DNA of 47,822 nucleotides, from positions 1-47,822 of IMG/VR virus record IMGVR_UViG_3300022745_000004, one strand, 5' to 3'. Every line of letters starts with the position of its first letter. Position 1 is the first letter of the stretch. The position numbers and the translations under genes are program-made. This document shows positions 1-8,739 of this stretch, piece after piece. The notes beneath the pieces are model-generated. The model saw nothing but the letters and a program-made list of their open reading frames with translations, was not told where the DNA came from and did no database searches. This stretch comes from a virus.

Positions 1-127
1 CGCCCGGCGCCGGCAGCGAGGGCCCCCGGGATCTGCGACGCCGACGGCGAGGTTGGTGTCAGTGCCTGGCGGATCGCGGCGCCCGCGGCGGCCAGCATCG
101 GGTCCTGCATCGGGGCCTCGGTCGCGC
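1..127. repeat. Terminal direct repeat, copy 1 (identical to 47696..47822); overlap of a circular or terminally redundant genome
   Basis: Bases 1-127 (cgcccggcgccggcagcgagg...cctcggtcgcgc) recur base for base at 47696-47822. A minus-strand reading frame runs in phase through the junction. Confidence 0.95.
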
Positions 128-1754
128 CGGCGCGGCCACCGCGGATCGGGTTGATGGCGCCCCTGGGGGCGAATGGTGCAGGCGCAGGAGCCTGCGGAGC
201 GGAGCGACCCGGCAGCCCGAGCATGCTCTGCGGCATCGTCGTCTGCGGGGTCGGTGGGGCCCCGCCGACGAGCGCCGACTGCCCGATCGGCGGCGCGCCC
301 GGACGTGCGGTGTTGACCTGTGGCGCCGCCTGCATCGCCTCGACCAGTTGGCGAAGGTCGGTGCCCACGCCGGCCTGCGAGGTCGGCTGGAACCCGCCGA
401 GCCCGGCTCGAGGAGCAGGGGGCGGCGGCATCACCGGGAACTTCGCGAAGTCGTCGTCGGCCATCTTGAACCTCTGCGCCTGATCTGCGGGCGCGGGCTG
501 CTCCCACGGCTGCCGGGCGGCGAGGCCGCTCGTGAACGCACCGAGGTCGAACTTCGGGGCCGAGAACACCCGCCCCATCGCCTTGAAGGACGCAGGGCTC
601 TCCTCGGCGAGATCCTGAGGCACGACACCGGTGTCCGTGGCCTTGCCCCGCATCGAGGCGCTGACGGCGCGGGCGCCGGGGTTGTCCGTCCCGACGACGG
701 GCTCGCCCATCTCAAACGTGGGCTCCTCGACGCCGCCCTCCTTGGCGGTCTCGGCCGGGCCCTCATCCTCGCCCTCGGCCTCGCCCCATCCGGGGCGCGC
801 GATCGAGGAGGGCACGCCACTGTCGGGCACCGCCGCCGCGGCCTTCGCGGCATCGAGGTGGGCCTGGAGCTCGGCGTCACCGATCTTGGACGGGTCCGTC
901 CCGGCGGGGCTGGTCGCGCGGGCTGGCGCTGCGCTGGGGGCTGCACCCCGGGGGCCACCGCCAGACCACATGGAGTCGATCGTGGCGCGCGCGTTCGCGG
1001 CCTCCTGTGGGGACAGCGCACCGGTGCGCTCGTGGTCGTCGATGAGGGACATCGCCACTTCGCGTGCGCGCGCATTGGCGGCGGCGTCATTGGCGGCGGC
1101 GGCCGTCGTCACGTCCTGGCCGTTGAGGGCGGCCTGCATGATCGCGTCGCTCGTGCTCTTGTGCTCGGCGTGCGCGGTCTGCATCGCCTGGTCGGCGATG
1201 TCGTAGATCGCGCCCTTTTTCCAGTCGCCCTTCTTCTCGGGCATGTTCGGATCGCGCTGCCACCCGCCGGGGAGCAGGTGGGGCAGGTTCGTCGTCGAGC
1301 GCTCCACCGGGCGACCGGCGGCCTTCGCTGCGACGATGCTGCCGATCCCGTGCGTGTCGACGGCGCCCTGCTCGGCGGGCGTGAGGGGGTTGGTGCTGGT
1401 GTCCCGGGTCTTCGCAGTGGCGCGCGCGTAGTCGGCGGCGACGCGCGCGGCGGCTTCATCCGGCGTCTCGGTGCGGGGGTCGACGAAGCGCAGGCCCTTC
1501 TCGGCGCCGCGCTCCTCGGCGTCGAAGCGCGCCTTCTTCGCATCGGCGCCCGCCTTGAACTGCTCGAGCGCCATGGCGTTGTCGGCCTTGAGCTTCTCCT
1601 CGTCGAGCTTTGCCTGGGCCGCGGCCTTCGCCGTGGCCTGCGCCTGCTTGCGCGCGAGGAGGTTGCCCGCAAAGTTGCTGAGCGCACCGGCGACGGCGCC
1701 CTGCCCCTGCACGATGCCGTTCGTCATGTCGGAGAAGCCAGAGAAGCCCGCCAT
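1..1754 (-). CDS. N-terminal part of an 835-aa wrap-around virion protein (continues 47695 -> 46942); Ala/Pro/Gly-rich, probable internal/ejection protein
   Basis: ATG at 1754-1752, 1 nt after the stop of the upstream gene (1756). My translation reads MAGFSGFSDMTNGIVQGQGAVAGALSNFAGNLLARKQAQATAKAAAQAKLDEEKLKADNAMALEQF... The frame stays open to base 1 with G/C-rich third positions. Through the 127-nt overlap it is in phase with ORF 46942..47805 (1627+881 nt = 836 codons). It is absent from the ORF track because it has no in-window stop. Confidence 0.8.
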   Translation of the reverse strand, partial: MAGFSGFSDMTNGIVQGQGAVAGALSNFAGNLLARKQAQATAKAAAQAKLDEEKLKADNAMALEQFKAGADAKKARFDAEERGAEKGLRFVDPRTETPDEAAARVAADYARATAKTRDTSTNPLTPAEQGAVDTHGIGSIVAAKAAGRPVERSTTNLPHLLPGGWQRDPNMPEKKGDWKKGAIYDIADQAMQTAHAEHKSTSDAIMQAALNGQDVTTAAAANDAAANARAREVAMSLIDDHERTGALSPQEAANARATIDSMWSGGGPRGAAPSAAPARATSPAGTDPSKIGDAELQAHLDAAKAAAAVPDSGVPSSIARPGWGEAEGEDEGPAETAKEGGVEEPTFEMGEPVVGTDNPGARAVSASMRGKATDTGVVPQDLAEESPASFKAMGRVFSAPKFDLGAFTSGLAARQPWEQPAPADQAQRFKMADDDFAKFPVMPPPPAPRAGLGGFQPTSQAGVGTDLRQLVEAMQAAPQVNTARPGAPPIGQSALVGGAPPTPQTTMPQSMLGLPGRSAPQAPAPAPFAPRGAINPIRGGRAGATEAPMQDPMLAAAGAAIRQALTPTSPSASQIPGALAAGAG

Positions 1755-1755
1755 C

Positions 1756-3204
1756 TCACACCCCCATCGGCGCGCCGGCCAGCATCCCAAGGAAGGGAAG
1801 CAGCGACGCGATGTTCCCCTGTGCGCCCCCGGCGACGCCGCCGAGGGCCTTCATGAGATCCTGTGCCATCGCAGCTCCGCTTGGGTGGTCCTCGCGGTAG
1901 TTGGACAGATCCTGCCCGGCGCCCATCGCGCCGATGTTCAGCAGGTTCCCGTAGCGCTGCAGATCCTGCCCGCGCTGCGTGTTGGCGTACGAGCCCGCCT
2001 GACCGATCGCGTTCATCTGGTTGGTGAGGGTGTCGTTGAAGATGTCGCGCTCGTTCTGCAGGCCGCGGTTCGCGAAGTCGTTGTACATCTGGCCCTGCAC
2101 GCCACCGGTGTTCGCGAAGCCCGTGCGGCCCGCCATGTCGGCGAGGCGACGTTCAGCCGTGTTGAGCGCGCCCGTGTTCGCGAAGTTCGCAGCGTCGAGC
2201 CGGTTGCGTGCCATCTGCTCCCACGCGGCGGGATCCATCATCTGCTGCATGTTCGCGCCGACGGCGTCGTTGAGGGACGACTCCTGCCACTGCGGCATGT
2301 TCTGGTTGAAGAAGTCGTTGAACCCCTTCTGTCCGCCGCCGCCGACAGCCTGATCCCAGCCGCCAGCGACGCCCGCGAAGGTCTGCCCGAGGGCATTCCC
2401 GACGTCGGCGCCGAGTTGGCCGCCGGCAGCGCCGAGGTCGGCGGCGGCCTGCTGCCCGTTGCCGTTGCCCGCGTCGATGCCAGCCTGCGCGGCGTCACCG
2501 GCGCCCGGGACCGCCCCGATCACTCCACGGATGATCGGACCGAAGGGGCCGTTGAGGATGGTGTTGTAGACGTCGTCGCCGGCACCCATGCCCTGCTTCA
2601 TTCCCGTCGGAGCCTGCGAGCGATCAGCCTGGAGTTGCCCCGGACCCGAGCTCGACCCGCCCCCCTGCTGCCCCCACGCGCCGCTGCCGGTCACGTTGAT
2701 CCCGCCGCCACCGCCGTTCGACATGCCCTGCATGCGCGAGCGCTGGGCGAGGGCCGCGTTGAGATCGACGCCAGCCTGTTGGCCAGCGTTCATCGGGAGC
2801 CCGTTCAACTGTGCACTGCCGGTGGCGAGTTGCAGGGGACCTCGAGCGTGTCGGTTGCCGCTGACGACGCCATTCAACTGCTGCCCGGCCTGCTGCCCGG
2901 GGCTCATCTGCGGCGGCGCGTTCAACTGCGCGCTGCCCGGCGCGAGCTGGGGCGGCGGCGCGTTCGTCCCGAAGGGCGGCGGCGTCTGCACCTTGGGCGG
3001 CAGCACGCCACCCTTCACCGGCGGGGCGGCGAAGAGCCCGTACTTGGTGACGGCGTTGCCGCCCGGCGACGCGTACTGCTGGCCGCCGACGGTTTGGTTG
3101 GTGCCGCCCTGCGCGTACGCGGGGTTCTGGCTCGTGAGCCCACCCGTGGGCGATCCTGCAGTCTGCTGCGCGGCGCCCGTCGTGCTGTTGGTGATGACGC
3201 CCAT
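1756..3204 (-). CDS. Gly/Gln/Asn-rich low-complexity virion protein (internal core/ejection protein candidate by position)
   Basis: 482-aa ORF in the late operon, 1 nt from the next start. Composition is non-shadow-like (Q, N, G, M rich, few R). It has GSAQLN-type internal repeats and a hydrophobic C-terminus (LLPFLGMLAGAPMGV). Confidence 0.75.
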   Translation of the reverse strand: MGVITNSTTGAAQQTAGSPTGGLTSQNPAYAQGGTNQTVGGQQYASPGGNAVTKYGLFAAPPVKGGVLPPKVQTPPPFGTNAPPPQLAPGSAQLNAPPQMSPGQQAGQQLNGVVSGNRHARGPLQLATGSAQLNGLPMNAGQQAGVDLNAALAQRSRMQGMSNGGGGGINVTGSGAWGQQGGGSSSGPGQLQADRSQAPTGMKQGMGAGDDVYNTILNGPFGPIIRGVIGAVPGAGDAAQAGIDAGNGNGQQAAADLGAAGGQLGADVGNALGQTFAGVAGGWDQAVGGGGQKGFNDFFNQNMPQWQESSLNDAVGANMQQMMDPAAWEQMARNRLDAANFANTGALNTAERRLADMAGRTGFANTGGVQGQMYNDFANRGLQNERDIFNDTLTNQMNAIGQAGSYANTQRGQDLQRYGNLLNIGAMGAGQDLSNYREDHPSGAAMAQDLMKALGGVAGGAQGNIASLLPFLGMLAGAPMGV

Positions 3205-3213
3205 CGCGGCCTC

Positions 3214-3831
3214 CTACTGCAGGTTGATCTTCTCGTAGACGACGACGTCGATGAAGTTCACGTCGGTGACGGTGCCGCTCACCTCGAGCGTGAGGTCTGT
3301 CGCGTTGCTCACGCTCGAGGCGAGCGCGAAGTCCGTCTGCGTCGTCGTGGTCGCCAGCCCGGAGAACGTCTTGATGGCGCTGCCGGCGGCCTTGAGCGTG
3401 ACGTTCACGCTCTGGCTCGAGCCGGTGCAGTCGCCCGGTGTGCCGGTGACGTCGTCAGGACAGCGCAGCGCGACGGTCATCCCGATCACAGTCCCCGAGA
3501 AGGGGATGCGCCACTTCCGCAGCGTCGTCGACAGGGGCCCGACCGACTCGCCGTCGTTGCCGTCGGCGTCCTCATCGAAGAGCGTGAACGACTGGCTTGC
3601 CACCGCGTTCTGCGTCGCGAGCTTCGACAGCGAGATGGCCGAGCTCGCGCTCAGGTTCGTGTTGTCGATGTTGCCGTTGATGCACGCTTCGGTCTGCCGG
3701 ATGCGCTGGTTCATGCGCTCGGCAGTGAGCGTGCCCGACGCCGGGTACTCGGTGATGTCGCACGTCGACGCGTCCGCCTGGGCGGCAGCGACGACGAGAA
3801 CGACGACGAGGAGGAGCTTCTTCAGGTTCAT
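3214..3831 (-). CDS. Secreted (Sec signal peptide) 4-Cys beta-rich protein, unknown function
   Basis: Internal ATG at 3831 gives MNLKKLLLVVVLVVAAAQADA|STCDITEY..., a classic n-h-c signal with an AxA site. It starts 2 nt after the stop of the upstream gene (3834). The upstream extension to 3867 overlaps that gene. Confidence 0.75.
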   Translation of the reverse strand: MNLKKLLLVVVLVVAAAQADASTCDITEYPASGTLTAERMNQRIRQTEACINGNIDNTNLSASSAISLSKLATQNAVASQSFTLFDEDADGNDGESVGPLSTTLRKWRIPFSGTVIGMTVALRCPDDVTGTPGDCTGSSQSVNVTLKAAGSAIKTFSGLATTTTQTDFALASSVSNATDLTLEVSGTVTDVNFIDVVVYEKINLQ

Positions 3832-3833
3832 GA

Positions 3834-4574
3834 TCAGCGCTCGTGGTAGATGATCTCGGGCTCCCACGTCGGCGCCGTCGTCGCGAGCGCGGTGCCGAAG
3901 AGGTAGATGAGCAGCGACTGCTGCGGCCCGAGGATGACGGCGGGGAGGTTCTTCGTGATGAGCGCGGCGGTCGCGACGGCGTAGTTCGGCACCTGAGCCG
4001 CAGCCTCGACGCCGCCGAACTTCAGGACGTGCTCGTCGAACGCCGGCGGCAGCACGGTGCGCAGCATGCCTCTGGCGACGATCTTCGGGTCAACGGCGGC
4101 CGGGGCCGTGAGGTTGCCGAAGTCGATGCGCGCGATCGATGCACGCGCGGAGTCGCCGTTCACGTTGGCGGGCGTGAGCGGGGTGCCGCCGGACGGGATG
4201 CGCAGGTTGTCGCGCACAGCGACGTACTGCCAGTTGGTCGCCGTGGCGCCGACGACGGAGCAGAGGGCCTTGATCTGGTCGATGTAGACGCGCTTGGCGG
4301 CGGGGTCGGAGGCCTTCTCGAGGTTGTGGATCGCGATGACCGGCGTCGTCGCCACGAACGCCGTGGTGATGCCCTGGGTGATGCCGGTTCCGGGCGTCGG
4401 GTTGAGCGCGACGAAGGTGCCACCCTCGTCGGCGAGCGCAAACGCGTTGCTGAAGACCGGCACCACATGCTGGTCACCGTAGAGCGAAGTGCGGAGCTCG
4501 GCGTTTTCACCCTCGGGGGTGCGCTGCGGGAGCACGCGCGAGGCGCGGCCGTAGTTATCGAGTTCGACACCCAT
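3834..4574 (-). CDS. Virion structural protein, unknown function (246 aa)
   Basis: ORF tightly packed in the late operon, with protein-like composition (MGVELDNYGRASRVLPQRTPEGENAELRTSLYGDQHVVPVF...). Confidence 0.7.
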   Translation of the reverse strand: MGVELDNYGRASRVLPQRTPEGENAELRTSLYGDQHVVPVFSNAFALADEGGTFVALNPTPGTGITQGITTAFVATTPVIAIHNLEKASDPAAKRVYIDQIKALCSVVGATATNWQYVAVRDNLRIPSGGTPLTPANVNGDSARASIARIDFGNLTAPAAVDPKIVARGMLRTVLPPAFDEHVLKFGGVEAAAQVPNYAVATAALITKNLPAVILGPQQSLLIYLFGTALATTAPTWEPEIIYHER

Positions 4575-4575
4575 C

Positions 4576-4803
4576 TCAGCCTCCGACTTTCTTCACAGCC
4601 TGCGCGATGGACTCGACGGCAAGCAACATGCGGAACTGTATCTCCTCGAGGTTCTTGAGGCGAGCCTCAAGAGCGGCGTCGACGACGGCGAGGCTGTAGA
4701 CCCCATCGGTCGTGAGCGTCACCTGCACCGGGTTCCCCAGCGCATCGTAGAGCGTCGCGACGCGTCCAGGGAGCGTGGATGCTGGGAGGGTGGCCGACGA
4801 CAT
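4576..4803 (-). CDS. Small structural-module protein (75 aa)
   Basis: ORF fills the gap exactly. Its start overlaps the upstream stop by 1 nt (TGATG), and its C-terminus looks coiled-coil-like. Confidence 0.6.
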   Translation of the reverse strand: MSSATLPASTLPGRVATLYDALGNPVQVTLTTDGVYSLAVVDAALEARLKNLEEIQFRMLLAVESIAQAVKKVGG

Positions 4804-5399
4804 CAGCCGATCTTACCCGTTCCGCGCAGGCGGGCACCAGCAAGGGTGAGCAGGCCGACGGCGGGCACCTTGCGGCTGAAGGTGAGGGAGCGGCTGTCGA
4901 TCTGCTGCAGGAGCCCGGCGCCAGGCATCTTCCAGCCCGCGAACGACGGCATCGTGTAGCTCTCACACCCGCGCACCGTCATCGTCGCAGTGCTCCCGAC
5001 GACGCCGACGATCCAGGCGGCGGCGATGCGGTCAATCTCCTTCGGCTGCGGGAGGGTACCCATGTACTCGTAGGGCGACGACGACGGCCTGATGACGGTG
5101 AACCCGGAGAGGCGCGCCGACCATCGCGTCGGGAGGACGTCCTGCTCGTCGACGCGGTAGAGCCCGAGACCGAGCACGCCCGCGCCGACGTCGGTGGCGA
5201 TCACGGACAGGCCTGCGAGGACGAACGGCATGTGTCCGACGTCGACGGCGGCGAGGGTGAGATCGGTCCCGATGACGAGGTCTTCGATGGGGATCGCCGA
5301 GCACACGCCCCGGTCGAGCCCGCGCGAGACGGGGATCTGGAGTTGGCGCCGGCGGTCTACCGGATCATCAGAGAGCCCTGTTCCGCCGCGGTCCCCCAT
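4803..5399 (-). CDS. Virion structural protein, unknown function (198 aa)
   Basis: ATG at 5399 abuts the stop of the 684-aa gene (5400). Composition is protein-like after the first ~30 aa. Confidence 0.6.
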   Translation of the reverse strand: MGDRGGTGLSDDPVDRRRQLQIPVSRGLDRGVCSAIPIEDLVIGTDLTLAAVDVGHMPFVLAGLSVIATDVGAGVLGLGLYRVDEQDVLPTRWSARLSGFTVIRPSSSPYEYMGTLPQPKEIDRIAAAWIVGVVGSTATMTVRGCESYTMPSFAGWKMPGAGLLQQIDSRSLTFSRKVPAVGLLTLAGARLRGTGKIG

Positions 5400-7454
5400 T
5401 CATCGGCCCTTCTCGTCGACGTTGAGCTCGACGGTGACACCGAGGAACCCGATCGGCTCGTAGTTGGGCGCGACCCCGGCGAGGCGCACGCGGTGGTTGC
5501 GGCCTGCCTTGCGGAAGCGAGCGCGGATCGGCGCGATGCTCGCGTCGAACTGGAGCGGCGTGATCGACCCCGCGAGCGAGGCCGAATCGATGGCGGCCGA
5601 CGTGTTGAGGCCGTCGCTCTCAACGCCGACGGTGCGGGTGTCGGCGCGCGCCTCGTCGCCGTCGGGCGTGACGCTCACGGCAAACGGGCGGAAGTGCTCA
5701 CGGACGACAGAGATCTCGACGCGCTCGAGCGTCGCGCGCTCGTCTTGTGCGATGCGCAGGTTGTGGCTCTCGACGTACCACCGGATCTTCGAACCGAGGT
5801 CATCCTGCCCAGAGTCCATCTCGAAGATGATGCCCTCAGGGTCGATCGCGACGATACAGCTGCGGGCCGGGTTCCATGCCATCGCCGTCGCACGGATGCC
5901 ACGCGCGCGCTGCCCGATCGGCCCCAGTGACGGCGTGATGATGCCCGTCTCGATGGCCTGAATCGGATCGGCGCCCCATACCCACAGGGTCTCATTGTCG
6001 AGGTCGATGACGATCTCAGTGTCGTTGTGAAGCGCGCCCGTCGTCGCATACGACATGCGGTACTGGTTCTCGATGGGGTGCCAGCACGCGTGGCACGTCG
6101 CCGGTCTCTTCACTGCGAACTGATCGCTCGAGTCGGGCCGGAAGATGGATGACGCGTCATCCATGATGAGCTTCGACCTCGTGCCGTTGAACGACCGGAC
6201 GCCGTCGGCAGAGAGGAAGATGACGGCATTCCCACCCACGGCCCGCACCGTCCGCCCCGCAAGGCATGGAACCTCCTCGACGAGATCGAGGAACAGGTTG
6301 CTTTCGTTTCCGGCAGTTGGGTCGCCGAGCACGGCACGGTAGATCGCGCGGGTCGTGAAGATGTAGAGCGTCTCATGTACCGGGATCATCGCGATGACCT
6401 GGCCGAGCTCGACGCGTGCCTGATTCACGCTGGGCCACGTCTGCCAAAAAGCACCGGGCGCGCTCCAGATGATCTTCGTCGGATCACCGGAGGGCCCGCC
6501 GATGAAGACGCGCTTGCCGAACATCGCCATGCACTTCGGCTTCGGCGGGAGATCCGTCTCGGTCCCGATGTCCGCGTACCGTTCGTCGGTCGACACGGGA
6601 ACAAGGCCCTGAGGTCCGTCGAGGGAGATGACCGTGTAGCCCTGCGACCCCAGGCTGGCTAGGATGGCGTCGCTGGCGGGGATGTACTGGGCGACTACGT
6701 CGTCGTCCGCGAATGCCTGGGGCACCCCGGCGCCAGAGAGGGGGATCGTCTGTGTTCGGCGGCCAACGTCGACGACCGACCACACGCGCGACGGCGTCGT
6801 GTATGAGGTGAACTGGAACGCGAATGGGCCCCGGCCTGCCCTTGTCGTCGGGGAGTAGACAAGGTTCGCGGGTGGCGCGTCGGACGTCTTGATCGCCTGC
6901 GGAACCAGTGGCTGGTCCATCGACGTCCCGAATGCGCCGGCCGTCGCTGCGCGCGTCATCCTGATCCAGTACGCGGAGCCGGCGCCGAAGGGGTCGGAGA
7001 GCCCCCACCCGAACGGGGCGATGAAGGTGAACTCGCTGTCGAGGCCAGCCCTGAAGAGCCATCCATCCGTCTGCGGATCTGGCGTCTTCATGACCTCGAG
7101 TGCGTGCCAGGCGCTGTCGACGCCAAAGAACTCCCACGTTGCGCCACCGTCGCAGAAGTCGTCGACGCCGCCGGTGATGCGGAACGCGATCACCGAGTCG
7201 GGCGTCGGCGTGTCGATGGGGTTCAGGCCCCACGCGCCAACCGTCGCCGCCGTCATATCGAGGGGGGAGCGGAACCCCCCGCTGGCGACGCCGGTGGGGA
7301 CCAGGCGCATGAGCGGCATGCCGCCGCGCCTCGTCATGCAGAGCCCGTTGCGGGGCTCCATGTTGAGCATCGAGATCATGCCCGTCGGCTTCCCCTCGGC
7401 AGGCTGCGTCTGCAGCCCGCCAAGGAGCGGCAGGGGGCCGATCCGACGCTTCAC
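5400..7454 (-). CDS. Large tail protein, nozzle/tail-tubular-B-like by size and position
   Basis: 684-aa ORF, beta-rich and W/F/Y-rich. It follows 233-aa and 190-aa proteins downstream of the capsid gene, as T7 gp11/gp12 do. No motif-level proof. Confidence 0.45.
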   Translation of the reverse strand: MKRRIGPLPLLGGLQTQPAEGKPTGMISMLNMEPRNGLCMTRRGGMPLMRLVPTGVASGGFRSPLDMTAATVGAWGLNPIDTPTPDSVIAFRITGGVDDFCDGGATWEFFGVDSAWHALEVMKTPDPQTDGWLFRAGLDSEFTFIAPFGWGLSDPFGAGSAYWIRMTRAATAGAFGTSMDQPLVPQAIKTSDAPPANLVYSPTTRAGRGPFAFQFTSYTTPSRVWSVVDVGRRTQTIPLSGAGVPQAFADDDVVAQYIPASDAILASLGSQGYTVISLDGPQGLVPVSTDERYADIGTETDLPPKPKCMAMFGKRVFIGGPSGDPTKIIWSAPGAFWQTWPSVNQARVELGQVIAMIPVHETLYIFTTRAIYRAVLGDPTAGNESNLFLDLVEEVPCLAGRTVRAVGGNAVIFLSADGVRSFNGTRSKLIMDDASSIFRPDSSDQFAVKRPATCHACWHPIENQYRMSYATTGALHNDTEIVIDLDNETLWVWGADPIQAIETGIITPSLGPIGQRARGIRATAMAWNPARSCIVAIDPEGIIFEMDSGQDDLGSKIRWYVESHNLRIAQDERATLERVEISVVREHFRPFAVSVTPDGDEARADTRTVGVESDGLNTSAAIDSASLAGSITPLQFDASIAPIRARFRKAGRNHRVRLAGVAPNYEPIGFLGVTVELNVDEKGR

Positions 7455-7457
7455 GGA

Positions 7458-8030
7458 TCAGCCCTCGGTCTTCGGGGCGTCGGTCTTCGCCGATGCCTTC
7501 TTCGCCGCGGCGGCCTCGAGCTTCTTGATCGTGATGTCGCGGTCGGCGATCTCACGCTTCTGCTGCTCGATGGTGGCGAGGAGGTCGACGACGCGGCGCT
7601 CCGACGCCTCCGCTCGACGCTGGTGCGCCTGGGCCTCGACGCGGGCGGCGTCGAGCTCGGTGGAGCGGGTGTCGCGCTCCTTCTCCACGGCGTTCTTCTG
7701 GGCGAGCACGATCGCGATGGCGTCGGCCTCGTCGGCCGCCTGGTCCGAGCTCACCTGGAAGAGACCGCCGAGGCCGCGGCCGGTGAGGGCGCGCAGCTCG
7801 TCGTCGGAGAGGACGCGCTTGCCGCCGATCCGGCAGAGGCGCGTGGCACCCCCGTACGTCCAGCGGACCGCGTTGGCGGCGGCCTTCGTCTCGACGGGGA
7901 CGACACCCTGCTCGGGGTCGACCTCGTTGATGTCGATGTCACGAGGGTCCTCGTTGCCCTTCGTCAGGAGCGCCACGAAGATGTTCTTCGTGGCTTCGGG
8001 GATGTTCGCGACGCAGATGACAGACGGCAT
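7458..8030 (-). CDS. Structural-module protein with C-terminal coiled coil (190 aa)
   Basis: ORF between the adaptor-like and nozzle-like genes. The C-terminal heptad-like region reads EKERDTRSTELDAARVEAQAHQRRAEASERRVVDLLATIEQQKREIADRDITIKKLEAAAAKK. Confidence 0.65.
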   Translation of the reverse strand: MPSVICVANIPEATKNIFVALLTKGNEDPRDIDINEVDPEQGVVPVETKAAANAVRWTYGGATRLCRIGGKRVLSDDELRALTGRGLGGLFQVSSDQAADEADAIAIVLAQKNAVEKERDTRSTELDAARVEAQAHQRRAEASERRVVDLLATIEQQKREIADRDITIKKLEAAAAKKASAKTDAPKTEG

Positions 8031-8037
8031 TGTGACC

Positions 8038-8739
8038 TCACACCTCGCGCACGGTGCGCGGGCCTTGCTTCGGGGAAACGGCGGCCCACTGGAGGAACTT
8101 CTGCCAGCGTCCGTTGAACTCTCTCTCGAGACTCGCAGGCGTGCCCGTCTCTCGCAAGAACCGCAGGGCCGTCTCGAGGGCGATCGTGCCGTGGTGCTCT
8201 TCGGGGATCAGGGTCGGCGAGTTGTTGTCGTCGGTCGTGTTGACGAGGTCGGCGAAGGCGGCGATGTACCTGATGCGCAGCGTGAGGCCGAACGTCGGTG
8301 TCGGCACGACGTAGATCGAGGACTGTCCCTCGATGTAGTAGCCGTAGCCGCTCCACGGGGCGTCGCTGTCGAGCACCGGGAGTTCACCGTAGCGGAGCGC
8401 CGCCTGGTTCTGTGACAGCGTCATCGCGCGCAGCGGGTCGTAGCGGAGCGGGGCGACGATGTTGACCTGGCGCTCCACCGTCGAGATGTCGCGGCCAATG
8501 ACGCCCGCCGGCAGCGCCATCGACTCAGCGTTCGCCGTGTACGTCATCGTCGTCGACGTGAGGATCTTCGCGTTGTCCAGACGGCTGATCTCGTCGAGCA
8601 TGTCGCGAATGACCTCGGACATGCGGTCGTAGATCGTCTGGCCCGAGATGGTCGAGCCCGTGCCGGGCGTCTCGGCGGCGCCCGCGTGGTACTCGGCCAT
8701 GCGCTCGATGACGCGCGATCGGATCGCCGAGTACTTCAA
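8038..8739 (-). CDS. Head-tail adaptor/gatekeeper-like protein (233 aa)
   Basis: TTG start at 8739 preceded by GAGGAGG, with a TTGA overlap on the upstream stop. The call rests on position and size only. Confidence 0.4.
   Translation of the reverse strand: MKYSAIRSRVIERMAEYHAGAAETPGTGSTISGQTIYDRMSEVIRDMLDEISRLDNAKILTSTTMTYTANAESMALPAGVIGRDISTVERQVNIVAPLRYDPLRAMTLSQNQAALRYGELPVLDSDAPWSGYGYYIEGQSSIYVVPTPTFGLTLRIRYIAAFADLVNTTDDNNSPTLIPEEHHGTIALETALRFLRETGTPASLEREFNGRWQKFLQWAAVSPKQGPRTVREV

Noticed and set aside
1-127. The 127-nt end repeats as LTR/IS-type mobile-element termini.
   Set aside because: They are direct and exactly identical, they lie inside a continuous coding frame, and no transposase is present. 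An assembly overlap of a circular molecule is the simplest reading, though a true DTR is not excluded.
348-3849. Long plus-strand ORFs 348..1856 (502 aa) and 1471..3849 (792 aa).
   Set aside because: Their Arg/Ala/Gly/Leu-dominated composition is typical of antisense shadow frames in high-G+C DNA. They lie opposite well-formed minus-strand genes that are tightly packed and have G/C-rich third positions.
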